This document shows, one piece after another, positions 38,401 through 52,433 of a stretch of 64,000 bases of DNA. The DNA is taken from positions 6,138,001 through 6,202,000 of the forward strand of contig CM120649.1 in NCBI GenBank assembly GCA_051362555.1, written 5' to 3'. Under the pieces are notes generated by a model that saw only the letters and a program-made list of their open reading frames with translations, was not told the DNA's origin and made no database searches. Position numbers and translations under genes: made by a program. Numbering within the stretch: the first letter of the stretch is position 1; each line of letters starts with the position of its first letter. The stretch is from Lingula anatina (Eukaryota > Animalia > Brachiopoda).

Positions 38401-41400
38401 CCTATTTGCTCGGCCTGGGAGTTAATGAGCTACGTGGCCACGTGGTCCGATAACGACAATCGTGCCACCGGAGAACAGAACGTGCTTAGCTGTCAAACTG
38501 AGCTCCATTGTCTACCTGTAAGATGACTTCTCTGGCTTCTGATAAAAGTTTGTACTCATTCAAATCTCTAAATCCCCGTGAAGCTGTGTAAAACCATTTC
38601 CCGTCTAGTCAATTCTTTAACACGCAATTAATTATGGTTATCCCAAGTTGTATAAAACACTGCATTTGAATGAGTTAAGGGTACTGTTGATTATTGCATA
38701 TGAGGCCCATGTTATTTGTGAAATTCAATTAATTTTATTAAACCGCTAACACTCCGTCTTGCATACTTTTATTAAACTGAGGTAAACAATGCCCGTTACC
38801 TTTACAAGTCTTATCTTAATCATCCATCTAACTGGAACTTCCTTTACCTCTTAGTTAGAGGGTTAAATGGCATTCAATTCTCCTGTAGCGAGTATCTATT
38901 TATCTCAGGTAAAAATCTACCTGTGCGTTAGTTTCAAAGAGCAGCTCCCACAGACTTGGGGGTACTAGATAAATTCTGAACACCAGGTTTATCGAGGAGC
39001 TAGAGAAACAAAGGAAAAATTTTTCCTGCACAGCTTCATAGGAATTTTAACATGGACTTGATCCAGCTTAGACCTCCAAACTAACAGGGTGACATGAGCA
39101 ATTTTCACAAACAAATAATAAAACTATATTTCAGTTAGCCTCCTTTTAGATAAATATACCGGTCTGGGTAAATTAGAATATTTATCAAATCGCGAGAATA
39201 TTTTTGACTTAAATGATGATTTTATTATTAATGGAAATTAAAGGTACATACGAACCGAGCATCGGTGGAGTGTGGATTCCCAGTAACACATGTAAACCAC
39301 TTCTACTAGATTCTTATATGGCTCTAATAAATTCGACATGCCAAGGGATAAACTGAATAGATCACTCGATCAGCCATAAAAGACCTTTAGACTGCTCCTT
39401 TCTTTCAATTTATGGTTGTAAATTTAACCTACTTCCGTGACCTACTTTCCTACCCCATTGACATACAGCTTAGAATGCCAGCAGAAAAATCTGTTCAAAC
39501 ATCATTTTCGGGTAAAATTAAACAATGCCTTTTGGTAATTCTCTTAGTTATACTACTTGAAACTATATGCTGGCATTTGGTTGGTTTTTGTGACACAAAA
39601 TTGACTTTGTATGCACCTTTAAGCTACTACATGTATATGAGGTACATTTGCTGTAATTACGCTGTCCTTCATGTTTTGCGTTAGTCTACATTTTGCTGTA
39701 CGTGCTTGTATTTTTTTTAATCTGTGCGTACAACTTTTGCAGGTCTGGTAACTCCCCTGTTATGTGATGAAAGTCTAAATTTGGCAATTAGTTCCTTAGC
39801 TGAATAGAATTGCAGTGTAAAAAATTCAACAAGATGTTGGCGCAATAGCCCTTTACTCTTTGTGGGTATTTCCCCCGTCAAAGTTTGTCTATTTATCTAA
39901 AAGTATCTTTCAATCTTTGCTCTTTTTCCTGTTTTTCCTCAACACGTTTTCTTCCAAGGAAGTAATGCCTGGGCAAACGCATGCTTAAAGATACCCTGAG
40001 AGCAATTTCTGTTATTAATGTTCGCGACCGTGTTTGATCACAATTGTTTAAATATTGATATTTAATGTCATTTACAAATTCCAATAAAATAACCCCATGA
40101 AATAAATGAGATATATTGAGAAATATTAAAGCCCACCAAGACGAGTTTGATACCTGTTATTATCTGGCTTGGGGATTGCAGCAGTGCATAATTAGCAGGT
40201 TTTATTGTTAACAAGCTCTTGGTCAACTACAATGTATTTAAAATGCATCAACAGTTAGTAAGCTTGCCAACTGAAGACAGGTAATCTAAAAGACTATTAG
40301 CTTTTGATGTGATCTAAAACACCTGAGGTGACCGAGATCGCGAGCATCGCAACTATTGTCACCGAAGTTAGTAAGTCACGGAAGACCGTCACAGACAAAG
40401 AAAGATTGTCAAGGAGTGCTGCAATTATGGTGAATCCCACGGCAACACACTGAGGCATGAAGAAAATTGCTCAACTCCGTTCAACACAACTTTCTTAAAC
40501 TATTGTCTGTATGCACCATGCAGCTCAGGTAAGTATCATAGACCTTTATCCTCCTTGTCGTCTCAGTACCCATGACCCAGATCTGTTGCTTCATTTATGC
40601 AAGGTGAGGTTTACTAAAACGCTTTTTTTCTACTAATAGATTGTTTTCATAAATTCTTAATCACGGGGATCGATTAAAACATACCTGTAGTGAATAGATT
40701 GAGTGCTGAATAGTCAAAATTCGAGAAATGGATTTTTGTGGGTCTATTCTCCTGACATACTCCGAACCACCAACACCACGAGCACTGACCTTCCACTGAC
40801 TATTGTATCCTCCGAATGGTTAGCCCCGTGCACCTCCACAAAAGCACCAACTATGATTTTGCCCCTACTCGCCTATACGCATAAAAGATTTACGTAATTG
40901 CACATTAACTAAGTATTGGTTCGGGGGCGCTGAAGAGCCCCCCCCCCAAAAAAAAAAATTTAAAAAAAAAAAAAAATTTAGAGGGCAATGGTGCCATTTG
41001 GTACGGGTTGGAGCTTGATTCAGCTTATCAAAATTTTCAAGAGGGAACCAAAAATCGAAGGGGGGGGGGTTCAGGCCCCCCGACCCCCCTCTAAATCCGT
41101 CACTGACAGTCAGTTGGAATTGGAAGCTCATCAAATAATTGTTCAATCTATTCGTCTTCAGCAAAAAACACCGGTGGATTTCCTAGGAGATTTTAAAGAT
41201 TTTGTACCAATTGTCAAGTCTCTCCTGTTAACATCTGCACCAACACGTCTTCTTTTATTTCCCATATATTCGTAAAGTCGTCACCAGTTTTTCTTGTATT
41301 AGACAACATCAGGGGATGCGTGTTAATCTGATTGCATTCAGCGAGAGAACCGGCGGAGGCGAGTAGATATACGTCGAACAATAGTTTCATTGGGAATGAG

Positions 41401-41678
41401 CCAGTAAACCCAATACAAATAGAAATAACACGAAAAATAGGAGTAGATGTATTATGTTAAAATGTTATAAATATAACAGATGATAATGTAAATAAACCAG
41501 TGGACATATGCAATTAGATAAATATCAACGAAATGCACGACATTTTTCTCCTTTTCGGTGTTTTTTCCTGTTTTTTTTAACTCGTTATTCTTAAAAGTGG
41601 TTGATATTTTGCAAAAGTATAAAGAATATTTTTTCATTTCCCCGGCTATCACTATCTAGTATGTATTTTTCAGAGAAA

Positions 41679-42991
41679 ATTAAGCTTTTCACTTGGATCA
41701 TGTTCTGCATATGTCGATTTATTTTCGGCAGAGTTCAACGTTTGTGGTGGAGAATCACCGGAACCGCTAAAACACTTCGTCAAATAAAAGATGGCCAGTT
41801 GTACGAAAAATCAGCCCATGTCAGGCATATCATCTGGAAGTGTAAATGGGATGAGTTATCTCCGACCGACCCTTCCAAATTTATCACCACACATAGTCAT
41901 TTTGACCACCCACGATGTATACGGGAGACGATGTGAACTTAACCTTCATAGATGAAAACGAAGCTTACTTTGCTCAGATGCCCTTGTCAGTAAACATATT
42001 AAGTTCTGATCTGAGTCCTTTCTTATTCGCTGCGATATTCAACAACGTGTATCGAGTGATAGTCATGCCAATTTCATCATTTCACAGAATCGCAGATGAA
42101 ATTGGTGATCCTAAAACTAAAGTGCTTCTGCTGTCAAACACTGGGCGTTGTGGATCAACGGCAGTCACACAAGTCTTGGAATCGGTCCCGAGGGTTGTGA
42201 CAATGAGCGAACCCGACAGTTTCACAAATATCATTATGCTAAGGGAAAAATTATCGAATGAAGATTTGGAAAGATTTATACAGAGCATGATAAGAATCAC
42301 GTGTTAGCCGCTGAAATCAAACCCACAGTTAATCTGCATTAAGACGAAGTCCATGGATTTCAACCACGCAGACATAGACGCCCGTCTGTTTCCCGACATG
42401 AAACATCTGTTCCTCTACCGAAATGGCAAAGAAACCATACAGTCGTTTTATCACGCCTTTGGGTTTTTGCCCAGAGTCAAACTTTTCCATGGGATGCAGA
42501 CTACTCGCCTTGCCCATCGACTTTTACCAAACTTAGCCAAATTCCTTTGGAGCATGCTTATGGTGCCTAATCTTCCTTGGCTTCAAGACCCAGAACTTAT
42601 GATTAAGACTTCCATGGTTGGCATGATGGCGGGTCATTGGTCAGTGCTTTGTCACAATTATATCCGCTTTAAGGAAGCAGGTATGGACATCAAGGCTTTT
42701 AAGTATGAGGATCTTCTTGAGAATCCACAGCATGTCTGTGAGAGGTTGCTGGAATACTGTGGCTTACCCCTGGAATACACTGAGGAGCTCTGCAATGCCC
42801 TGAAACATGATTCGCAACGAGGCATGCTTCGATCAAGGAAAGACATGAAAGAAAAAGACAGCAAGTACCTTATCTAGTGGAACAATCCTGATGTGTTAGC
42901 AGAGGTTAATTTCTTTTGTGATCAGGTAGGAATTACACGTATAGGAGAACCTACACTTTTGCCAGATACCATTTCTTCGCTGTCTTCTTAA
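41679..42991 (+). pseudogene. Sulfotransferase-like pseudogene ST3
   Basis: Start ATG>ATT (41679), 1-nt deletion near 41922, AAG>TAG at 42305-42307 and at 42875-42877, all relative to ST2/ST4. Confidence 0.9.
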
Positions 42992-43200
42992 GAATCCTGC
43001 GATCGCACTTGTCCGTTCAACATTAGGAGGATTTTATTATTTTTTATTCGAGAAAATTATATACTTTTACACTGAGATGTGCACTTGGGACTGCAACAGA
43101 CTTATATGATTCCTTACATTTCTTGTTATTATAAGGGACAAAGCCAATGGATTTCAGAGCATTCTAGCCCAAACTTACGAGCACCATTTTCTGCAAATAA

Positions 43201-43802
43201 TAATAATAATTTATTAAGCCAATAAAATACAAATGTATAAAATCGGGAATCTTTTGCCCTGTAGTAGCGCCATTGAAATATATATGTAAAAAAAAATGAA
43301 AATTAAAATTACATGTTAGAGTTAAAAATAGTTACTGCCGAAGGATAAAAGCTATTTAAAAATCGCTTACTACCCTTAAAAGCTAAGAGTCTCGAATTGC
43401 TAGGTAAAAATTTAAAAAGGGTATGGGCTGGATGGGAACTGTCTGTCATTATTGATAATGTTTTCTTTTTAGTCCTGTCTAGATATATAGTATGAACGGG
43501 AGTTAGATCTGTTCCAATTACAATCCCTGCAGTTTCGACGATCTTTTCCAACTTGTTCCTCTCCTCCACAGTTGCACGTCCATACCAAACAGTTACTGAA
43601 TAAGTTAAAATACTCTCTAAAACACACCTGTAAAAGTTTGTTAAAATAAACACATTTCTGGTAAAAGCTTTCAATTTCCTTAAGAAATACATTCGTTGAC
43701 GTGCCTTTTTCAATAGCTTCGTGATGTTATCGCCCCAGGTTAACCTATTATTCATATTATTCATATTATTTATCGACCCAGGTTAACCTATTATTCATAT
43801 TT
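43201..43802 (-). mobile_element. 5'-truncated non-LTR retrotransposon (Rex1/Babar-like RT C-terminus)
   Basis: KKARQRMYFLRKL..FYRCVLESILTY...WYG..DSSHPAH..LPS..NSFYP is the typical post-RT region; (TTA)n tail; AAATAA duplicated on both sides; empty site at about 35678. Confidence 0.9.
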
Positions 43803-46800
43803 AAATAAGCACCTTATAGATATGTTCCATCCGGATATAGCCCTACCTTTTATGTTAGCCTGCTTTATTTGATTATATGAGTCCGATAATGCAGGGGATA
43901 ACAATTGCATTTGTAAGATTCTAGAACCTTGAGGAATGATGTTTATGTGGGCACATCCCGAGGGGTTAAAATAATGGTTGTCTTATGTGTTGTGCAATTA
44001 TCAGATTTACATGTATATAAGTACCGGTAAGAACTGTACCAGAATTGCAAATGGAATTGGGCTATGCGGTACTCACTTTAATGACTGGTGATGGAGCAAA
44101 GACTTTTTATGTGATATAATATTGTATTGTCTGTACACAGGCAGAGGCATATCGACTCCTTGCAAATATAAATAAAATGAGTTTTATGTTAGAAGATGAA
44201 TTGGTTTTGGTTGTTGACAGTTGACTATAAATAATTTATATACTCTTAAGCATCAGCTAATTAGAATATAACAACTGCCGTACACAGAAATCCAAGCAGT
44301 GGCTTAAATCAAGGTCAAGTGAAATTATGATCAGAGTCAACGGACTGAAGGTCTCAACATACATATAGTTCCTGGAAACTTTATATATTAATGGGTTTAT
44401 CTAAAATGATACAAACTAAAGTGCACTTACCTGTGTAACAGGAGAAAAACGTATACCCTACCGCTAAATCAATAACATAAAAATGTCCAAGGAAAACATA
44501 CATAAAACAATTTTAATGCTATTTATGATGCCTACTAAACATAAGGATGCGCAATGTCCGCAGAGAATAAGAAAATCCTTTCTAAACTAATGCAATCTAA
44601 TTCTGACTTAACACCTCTAGTCCAACAACATAGGGTCATGCCCGATAATAAAAACAATGATTCAAATTAACGACGCCCATTCAGAAATAACCATTCACAA
44701 ACGTAAAAATGTCACTGACTCCTTCTTAGTGGCGGTTGATTAACACCAGGGCCGCTCCCGGGTCCTTGGCGCTCTCCTCAGGATTCGTAGCTCACAGCGG
44801 GCAATGGCACCGTCAGAGTATTGTCCAAACAGCACGAAAAGCTCTTTATATTCGCACGTTCTTGCACACACTCGTTGGCAATACTCTTCCCTGACAATTT
44901 TGTTTAATGTTTAACTTCAAAACTTAATGATTAAAAAGCAAATACGATGTATATTAATAGAAGAAAACGCGCGTTCGAAAGACGATTTCATGTCATCGAC
45001 GTTTAACCGCCGATTCAGGATCGCAGTGTGCTTTCCCAACTCTGTGAAACGAACTGTGCGTTTTCCTCATAATCATTGTATGTATGTGTTTAATATTATA
45101 TTTCCAATTTACGAACATAAAGCAAAATACGATCCATATTCTCAACGGAAAAAAAGGCCTCACAAGATCGGCGCTATGATGAGATTTTGATGCTCATGTC
45201 CCAGTGTTGTTACCTATTAAATTGGACGTGCAGACATGCGTATGAAGGCGTACAAAGTAGATCAATATACAACCAATGCAACACATAAGATGCTTGCATT
45301 TACTGGTCCTCCTGATGTAGACCTAGTGCACACACACTAGTATAACCTAAAAGTTGCTCTTTATTTTTGATTATGTATGAACGAGCTTTTTCTATCACTA
45401 ACTCACATACGCACGCTTTATCACGTACGGTCTTACCATTAACGTTTAGTCTACGTTAACACGTTATGGTATGCAGGCATTGGTATATTAAGCACACAAA
45501 ATGGTAAAATAAAAGAGCAAAGCTAAGCGGAAAAACGAATACACCTCAATCCAGCAGGTTGCAAGGTAAGTAGAACCAAGGACATTGAATATACGTTTTT
45601 GTATCTGTAACTAGACCAACATATACAGTACAAAATAACTGAGAGTTATTTGTTAAACTATAGGCAAGTCCAGTCGGAGAGGCGATAAGATTTCTGTCCA
45701 CTTAAAACGTTACGTATATGTTTATGCTTCTTACTTAATGTCCCAAGGAACAGGGGAGAGTTGTCCATTCCGTGCCACTTAAGGAATAAATGCTTCTGCA
45801 TCCATACTTATTAGATATACAGACTTGACATTTAATATGGAATATTTTCTAATCATTTGTCGTCAGTTTTTTCCCATACTTATTAGATATACATGTATGA
45901 TGACCCCCACGGGTATATACACAGTGTACTGTATATCTATATCTTCATTCACACGCAGCCAAAAGTGAATTCGTCCAATATACTTCTCATTAGAGCCCGT
46001 GAAAAAGTTAAACTAAAGTGTGAATCAATTTTCTGCAAACAACTACTAATTTTGAAGTAAAGAAACTATGAATTGGACGGGTGCCAGACCGATTTAGTCT
46101 TCCGAACTTCTGCTCCGTCGTCACCAGTATTTGCTAAACTTCAAACTGCAAAAAAAGTGAAAAATGCTTACCTCGTGAAGACGGATTTTGCCGCTGGTAT
46201 TATGTTTTGGTTTTCGTAATCACCGCAAGTTGGCGCTTTGGTTTTGAGTTATGACCAGTGCCAATCTAAGGCACTGGTGGGAAGCGAGGTGGTACGATAA
46301 CAATACCTGGTACAGAATGGGTAATGTTCCCCTATGATGCTGTGCACATTTCCCAATAGGCCTATAACCGTTGCATGAGCGAATATTATTAGTTTATATA
46401 TGAACAACGCTACGTCGTATACACGGTAAGTTGTTTCTAAGACAATGATTTCCCTGAATGCAGAATGCAGTATCTGAGGAAGGAGTATGAGCTAGGATGG
46501 GGTGAGAATGGTATGGAGGGGGCATTTAAAGGCTTTGCGCCATACCGTCAGAATGGCCTGAACGGAATATTTTCTTCAGAAAACATGCCCAACTAACGAT
46601 ATCTTTATCCAAATACATCTACACAAATTAAAAGCTCATTTTTTTTTTTGGCTTTTAAAAACGTCCTATTTGCTCGGCCTGGGAGTTAATGAGCTACGTG
46701 GCCACGTGGTCCGATAACGACAATCGTGCCACCGGAGAACAGAACGTGCTTAGCTGTCAAACTGAGCTCCATTGTCTACCTGTAAGATGACTTCTCTGGC

Positions 46801-48700
46801 TTCTGATAAAAGTTTGTACTCATTCAAATCTCTAAATCCCCGTGAAGCTATGTAAAACCATTTCCCGTCTAGTCAATTCTTTAACAAGCAATTAATTCTG
46901 GTTATCCCAAGTTGTATAAAACACTGCATTTGAATGAGTTAAGGGTACTGTTGATTATTGCATATGAGGCCCATGTTATTTGTGAAATTCAATTAATTTT
47001 ATTAAACCGCTAACACTCCGTCTTGCATACTTTTATTAAACTGAGGTAAACAATGCCCGTTACCTTTACAAGTCTTATCTTAATCATCCATCTAACTGGA
47101 ACTTCCTTTACCTCTTAATTAGAGGGTTAAATGGCATTCAATTCTCCTGTAGCGAGTATCTATCTGCCGATATTTATCTCAGGTAAAAATCTACCTGTGC
47201 GTTAGTTTCAAAGAGCAGCTCCCACAGATTTGGGGGTACTAGATAAATTCTGAACACCAGGTTTATCGAGGAGCTAGAGAAACAAAGGAATAATTTTTCC
47301 TGCACAGCTTCATAGGAATTTTAACATGGACTTGATCCAGCTTAGACCTCCAAACTAACAGGGTGACATGAGCAATTTTCACAAACAAATAATAAAACTA
47401 TATTTCAGTTAGCCTCCTTTTAGATAAATATACCGGTCTGGGTAAATTAGAATATTTATCAAATCGCGAGAATATTTTTGACTTAAATGATGATTTTATT
47501 ATTAATGGAAATTAAAGGTACATGCGAACCGAGCATCGGTGGAGTGTAGATTCCCAGTAACACATGTAAACCACTTCTACTAGATTCTTATATGGCTCTA
47601 ATAAATTCGACATGCCAAGGGATAAACTGAATAGATCACTCGATCAGCCATAAAAGACCTGTAGACTGCTCCTTTCTTTCAATTTATGGTTGTAAATTTA
47701 ACCTACAGCTAGGTCAATAAGACCGTTCACAGTAGGTCACGGTCAGTGCGACCGTGACTCCTGATAACCCCCGCGTGGATAATAACAGGGCAAATAGCGA
47801 CAGTTTAAGCTGTTAAGTTATCAATCGTAACCATCTCGGACTCCCCGCTGTCTACATCTTGTCCCGTCAAGCAGCCTGTGCAATCATACGCCCCGCTAGT
47901 TCCAAGCATTGTTCTGGTGTAGAACGGCACGTGCCCTTTGTTAAGACACGGAAGACTAAATGTTGGGTTTAACCATGGTTCAAGCACTGACGATATTTCT
48001 GTTTATTCACCGCATTCCGAACTTCGTAGACATTTTCAATAAAAGAATTTTGTAATTGAATGAAATATAATTAATTTACCGATGTTGCCCTTTCATCTTA
48101 TTTTGGCTTACTTAGGTGAAACGATAAGAGTCACGATAACATGCTCAAGCCAATTGAAAAAGTGAAGTATGAATATGGCAGAATTATGCGGTGATTGTCT
48201 TTTTCAATGAAGTGGAATGTGACCTACATGTATATATAATGAAACAAATTATTGCAGTCAATGAATAGTCGGTTTATTCACAATTAACACGGAACGTCCA
48301 TACAGTAAACTACAACAATTTTATAAAAAATAAATTTTAAAAATGGCAAATTAATAAAATGGCTATCACGAACAGTCATTTAATTGAAAAAGTGCATTCT
48401 CCTGATAATCATTAATCTACTGTCCGGATGCACGGCCTTCCCTTTTCAACACCTCGGGAATAACTTTGTTTATATGGTTTATGTACTTTATACATTCCTC
48501 AGTTGTGACCGTCTTCCAGAATTCCTGCATCCCATTTATAAGTTTATCTTTTGTTTTTGGCTTAGTGTATTTTCTTAAGCGGTGTTTCATCGTAGACCAG
48601 ATGTTTTCTATGGGATTTAAGTCTGGACTCTCGGGGGGAGTTTGAAACCAGTTTATTGCATTTTCCTTAAGAAATCCTTTAGTTTTCCTGCTTGTGTGCT

Positions 48701-48733
<33 letters not shown>

Positions 48734-49102
48734 TTGAGCCCTGGCACTCTCGAAAAAATTTACCCCCCCCCCCCCGCCCCTTATTTATTTAACCATTTCA
48801 CCTCTTCAGCCCTGATTGTTACATTTAACATAATAGGAAAGATGTGAATCAAATTTCTTGTTGCTGAACCCAGTGACATTAATATAAAGTCGTTTTAATA
48901 GTACATAAAATCGCACCAAGACCTCATTGGAGTACATATATATAATTACACCCTTTACAGCAACCGGACCCCTTAATTGATGTACACTGTACAATGCACG
49001 TATATACACTGCAATTGCCGCTTTCACCTCCTTTATTGTTCTGTATGAAAAGGAAGGAAGTTGTTTGAGTTTAGTTCAATAAAGGCAGTCCCTTAGTCCG
49101 AG

Positions 49103-52100
49103 CTAAGATCTAATAAACAGAAAGATTGGACACTCGACGATTCTTCAAAGGGTAATCCGATTAACTGTGGAAAGACGTTCGTACGGCGGAAGTAGTCAGT
49201 CGCGTTGTGATCTTGCGCAGGTAGAGCTCTGTTGCATGTGGGCGATTTCAAGGTAGGTAAATTACCTCTTTTAGTCTTGTAGTTTCTCTGAGAATGTATG
49301 TGCAGAAGGGAAAACTAACAGGGTTCACTTGTGTGTAAAATATGCAATATTTTGGAGCAGATATTATCGTGAAAATTTGCCTTCAATCCGTTGTTGCATT
49401 CAAATTAGCAATATGGCGACAAACAAGCGAGTTTGAATGCTTTGTTACCTAAGGTCTAACACGGGGAGTAAAACTTAATGTACGTTGGTTTTTATATTAC
49501 TGATGACTGAATAACACTGTCGTTTTATTGGTTGATAATTTAATTTATAGTAGCTTCGTTTTCTATGAAAATTTAAACAATACTTCGGGCAATAAAGCAA
49601 AATGGCGGTGCTGATCATAATCGCCGGGGTTAAAATGCACAGCCGAACACGAAAGTGGATCTATACAATGCGTTGGCAGTTTAACTGTGTCCATCTAAAA
49701 AAGTAGTGGAAGGTCGTAGGGTCAAACTTAGCTAAACTTAAGCTTTTTTCTTAGGAATATTTAACGGTAAAGATGACAATAAAACAAGATGGCGGCGACT
49801 TTTGTTATCGATGGGCTTCAAATGCACAGCCAAACACGAAATAAGATCTGTACTATGCATTGGCAGTTAAACTGTGTTCATCTAAAAAAGTAGTAGAAGG
49901 TCGTAGGGTCAAACTTAGCTAAACTTAAGCTTTTTTTCTTAGGAATATTTAACGGTAAAGATGACAATAAAACAAGATGGCGGCGACTTATGTTATCGAT
50001 GGGCTTCAAATGCACAGCCGAACACGAAATTAAATCTGTACTATGCATTGGCAGTTAACCTGTGTTCATCTAAAAAAGTAGTGGAAGGTCGTAGGGTCAA
50101 ACTTAGCTCAAATTTAGTTTTTTTTCTTAGAAATATTTATCGGTAAAGATGACAATAAAACAAGATGGCGGGGACTACAACTGGTGATATTTTTACCCAG
50201 GATTTATAAGTAATGAGAAGATTGCGTGAAAATGTGCCTCACATCCTTATTATTTTTTTGTTTTGTTTTGTTTTGTTTTCAGATGCCATTAAAGTGGGTC
50301 AAGGCCCGCAGGAGAAAAAATATAGAGCAAAATCTGGCAGCAAAATCAAAAGGTAAGCTTTCTGGTCTATAACTAGAACTTTTTAGTTTATGGAGTTGAA
50401 AGTAAAATGTCTTACATACTTGGGCACTATCAATCTGTCCCTTGTGTGTCATGCTCAGTAAGATATTTCCACTGTACCGACAACATTATTACAAGTATCG
50501 GATTTCCACTGTACCAACATTATTACCAGTATCGGATACAAAAAGGCAGGTGCAATCACCACAGTGGATTGAGTGGAATTATACCAATGACAAATAATAA
50601 GAGACTAGCACATGTCAGAACCTTTTTAACAGTAAAATATTATTTTATTATTTCGGGTGAATGTCATAATGCAAGTGTTGCAGATGATTTAGATGCACCA
50701 CTGTCAAGTTTGCAAAGTGATTGTAAACAATCAAAAAGACACAGATGTATTAAATAAGCAAAATGGTAAGCTGCCCGAAATTAAATATTAAATTTTTGCT
50801 CGATAGTTTTACAAGTGCACGAAAAGCTAGGTCAGTGTTGTCCGTACAGTGGACTTCAACATAACATGAGCAATTAACACGTCAGCATCTTTTTAACTGT
50901 GTGATAATATTTTTTTCAGATATATGTTGCAATGGAAGTGATTCTGATGACGACGTACCTCTGTCAAGTTAACTCGGTGCTACTCAAGAACCTGACAGGC
51001 ACATTGATATTTCAGCAAATGGACCACCTTGAAACTAGCCATATGTTGTTCTTCATGAAAAACAAATATATCACTATAAATTGTCTCCCTTCTGTAAACT
51101 CTGAAGTTTAGTTTACTGTCAAGTCTAGGTTGGAATTAGTCAGTAGTGCTCTTAACAATAGATAAATATTATCATCACGTGCATAATTTTTATTGAATGA
51201 GATATTAATGTTGAAACAAGTCAAAATAGGGGGAAAATGCTATAATTCTTTGTCATGTGAAACTAGTACTCCTAAATAAATTACCTATCTGTTGTGATTG
51301 TGTAACAGTCAGTGCTATCTAAAGGTGTTAACATTTTTATTTGCATTTCAATATCTGTGCCTTATTAAATCTATAATAAAATGCTTATGAACGGAATATG
51401 ACTTGTATTATGTTACTATATCAGCCAGAAATGAATGATCAGTTTTAAATGCTAATCTGATGAAATATTGATAATTTTTAGCAATCATCTTTTATTTAGT
51501 CATTTTTAGTGAGATGGCAAACAAAATTGTTACACATATTATTCTTCCAGTACATTCTGTGGAAGATGTTCAAAAGACATGTGTTTCAAAACAGATTTTG
51601 CAGAGTTTAAAAATATGTGCATGATTATGAAGTCGCAAGGAAACTATATTGCATGTGTTCTTTATAAATATGAAAAAACTAGTTTACTTTTATTTGCTTG
51701 TCAGTATAAAGATATGTCTTACCTTTCACTATCATTATGAAGTAGGTACCCAAATTAGTGTTTGTGAAAGTGAAATTAAAAACTACTTTTTCTTAAAGGA
51801 TTTTTTTCAGTCCTTTTTGTTTCACTGATTTGCTACGAATATTCTGGTGAATTTGAATTGATTATGCTCTAAAAGAATGACCGCTAATAGTGACAAAGTT
51901 TTACAAACATGCATAATAGATCAAGTCTCTGTTTTGGTGTAGCTTCACCATTCAGTTTCTCCCAGTGATTAGCATGACCTTATTGTCCAAAACGGCATCG
52001 AATATCACTATCTGTTACGTTGATGATCTCGTCACGTTTCCGGCTATATCTCCACGTTGAGTCAATTTCTATAAAATGGCAGCTGTTGTTACAGGTAGTG

Positions 52101-52433
52101 CGCTATTGGGTATTGCCTCCTCTGAATATAAAGTATTAAGACAACTACGAAATGTAAACAAACTGTACATCTTTAGAACTTTTTAATAAAAAAAACTCCA
52201 CGTGTGCCATTGCTTATCCAATATGGCGGATCTACTTGACGACGATGTGGCGTCCGCGAGAATGCACGAGAAATCACGCTATTCGCTAAACACGGGTTAG
52301 GTACAATGGGGATTAAAATTAAGCCCGGCTATCAAAACAACTTAAGGGGAACAATAGAGCAATGTTTACCCGTACGAACGTCTGGTCAAAGGGAAAATGC
52401 CGCTGTCCAATCTTTCTGTTTATTAGATCTTAG
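49103..52433. mobile_element. Nested non-autonomous DNA transposon with 30-bp perfect TIR and 7-bp TSD (P-element-like by inference)
   Basis: TIR CTAAGATCTAATAAACAGAAAGATTGGACA at both ends; GTCCGAG duplicated (49096-49102, 52434-52440); an unoccupied paralogous site ccttagtcccaggtgcac lies at about 53532. Confidence 0.88.
49590..50171. repeat. About 188-bp tandem repeat, 3 units
   Basis: AARATGGCGG anchors at about 49599, 49786, 49974 and 50162. Confidence 0.9.

Noticed and set aside
40925-41106. G/C-run element ending CCCTCTAAATCCGYCACTG (also about 55957-56143)
   Set aside because: Probably one end of a common non-autonomous repeat; no second TIR or TSD found, so not annotated.
48701-48734. 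Poly-proline N-terminus of the 105-aa ORF
   Set aside because: Translation of a G/C homopolymer at the truncation point of the transposase.
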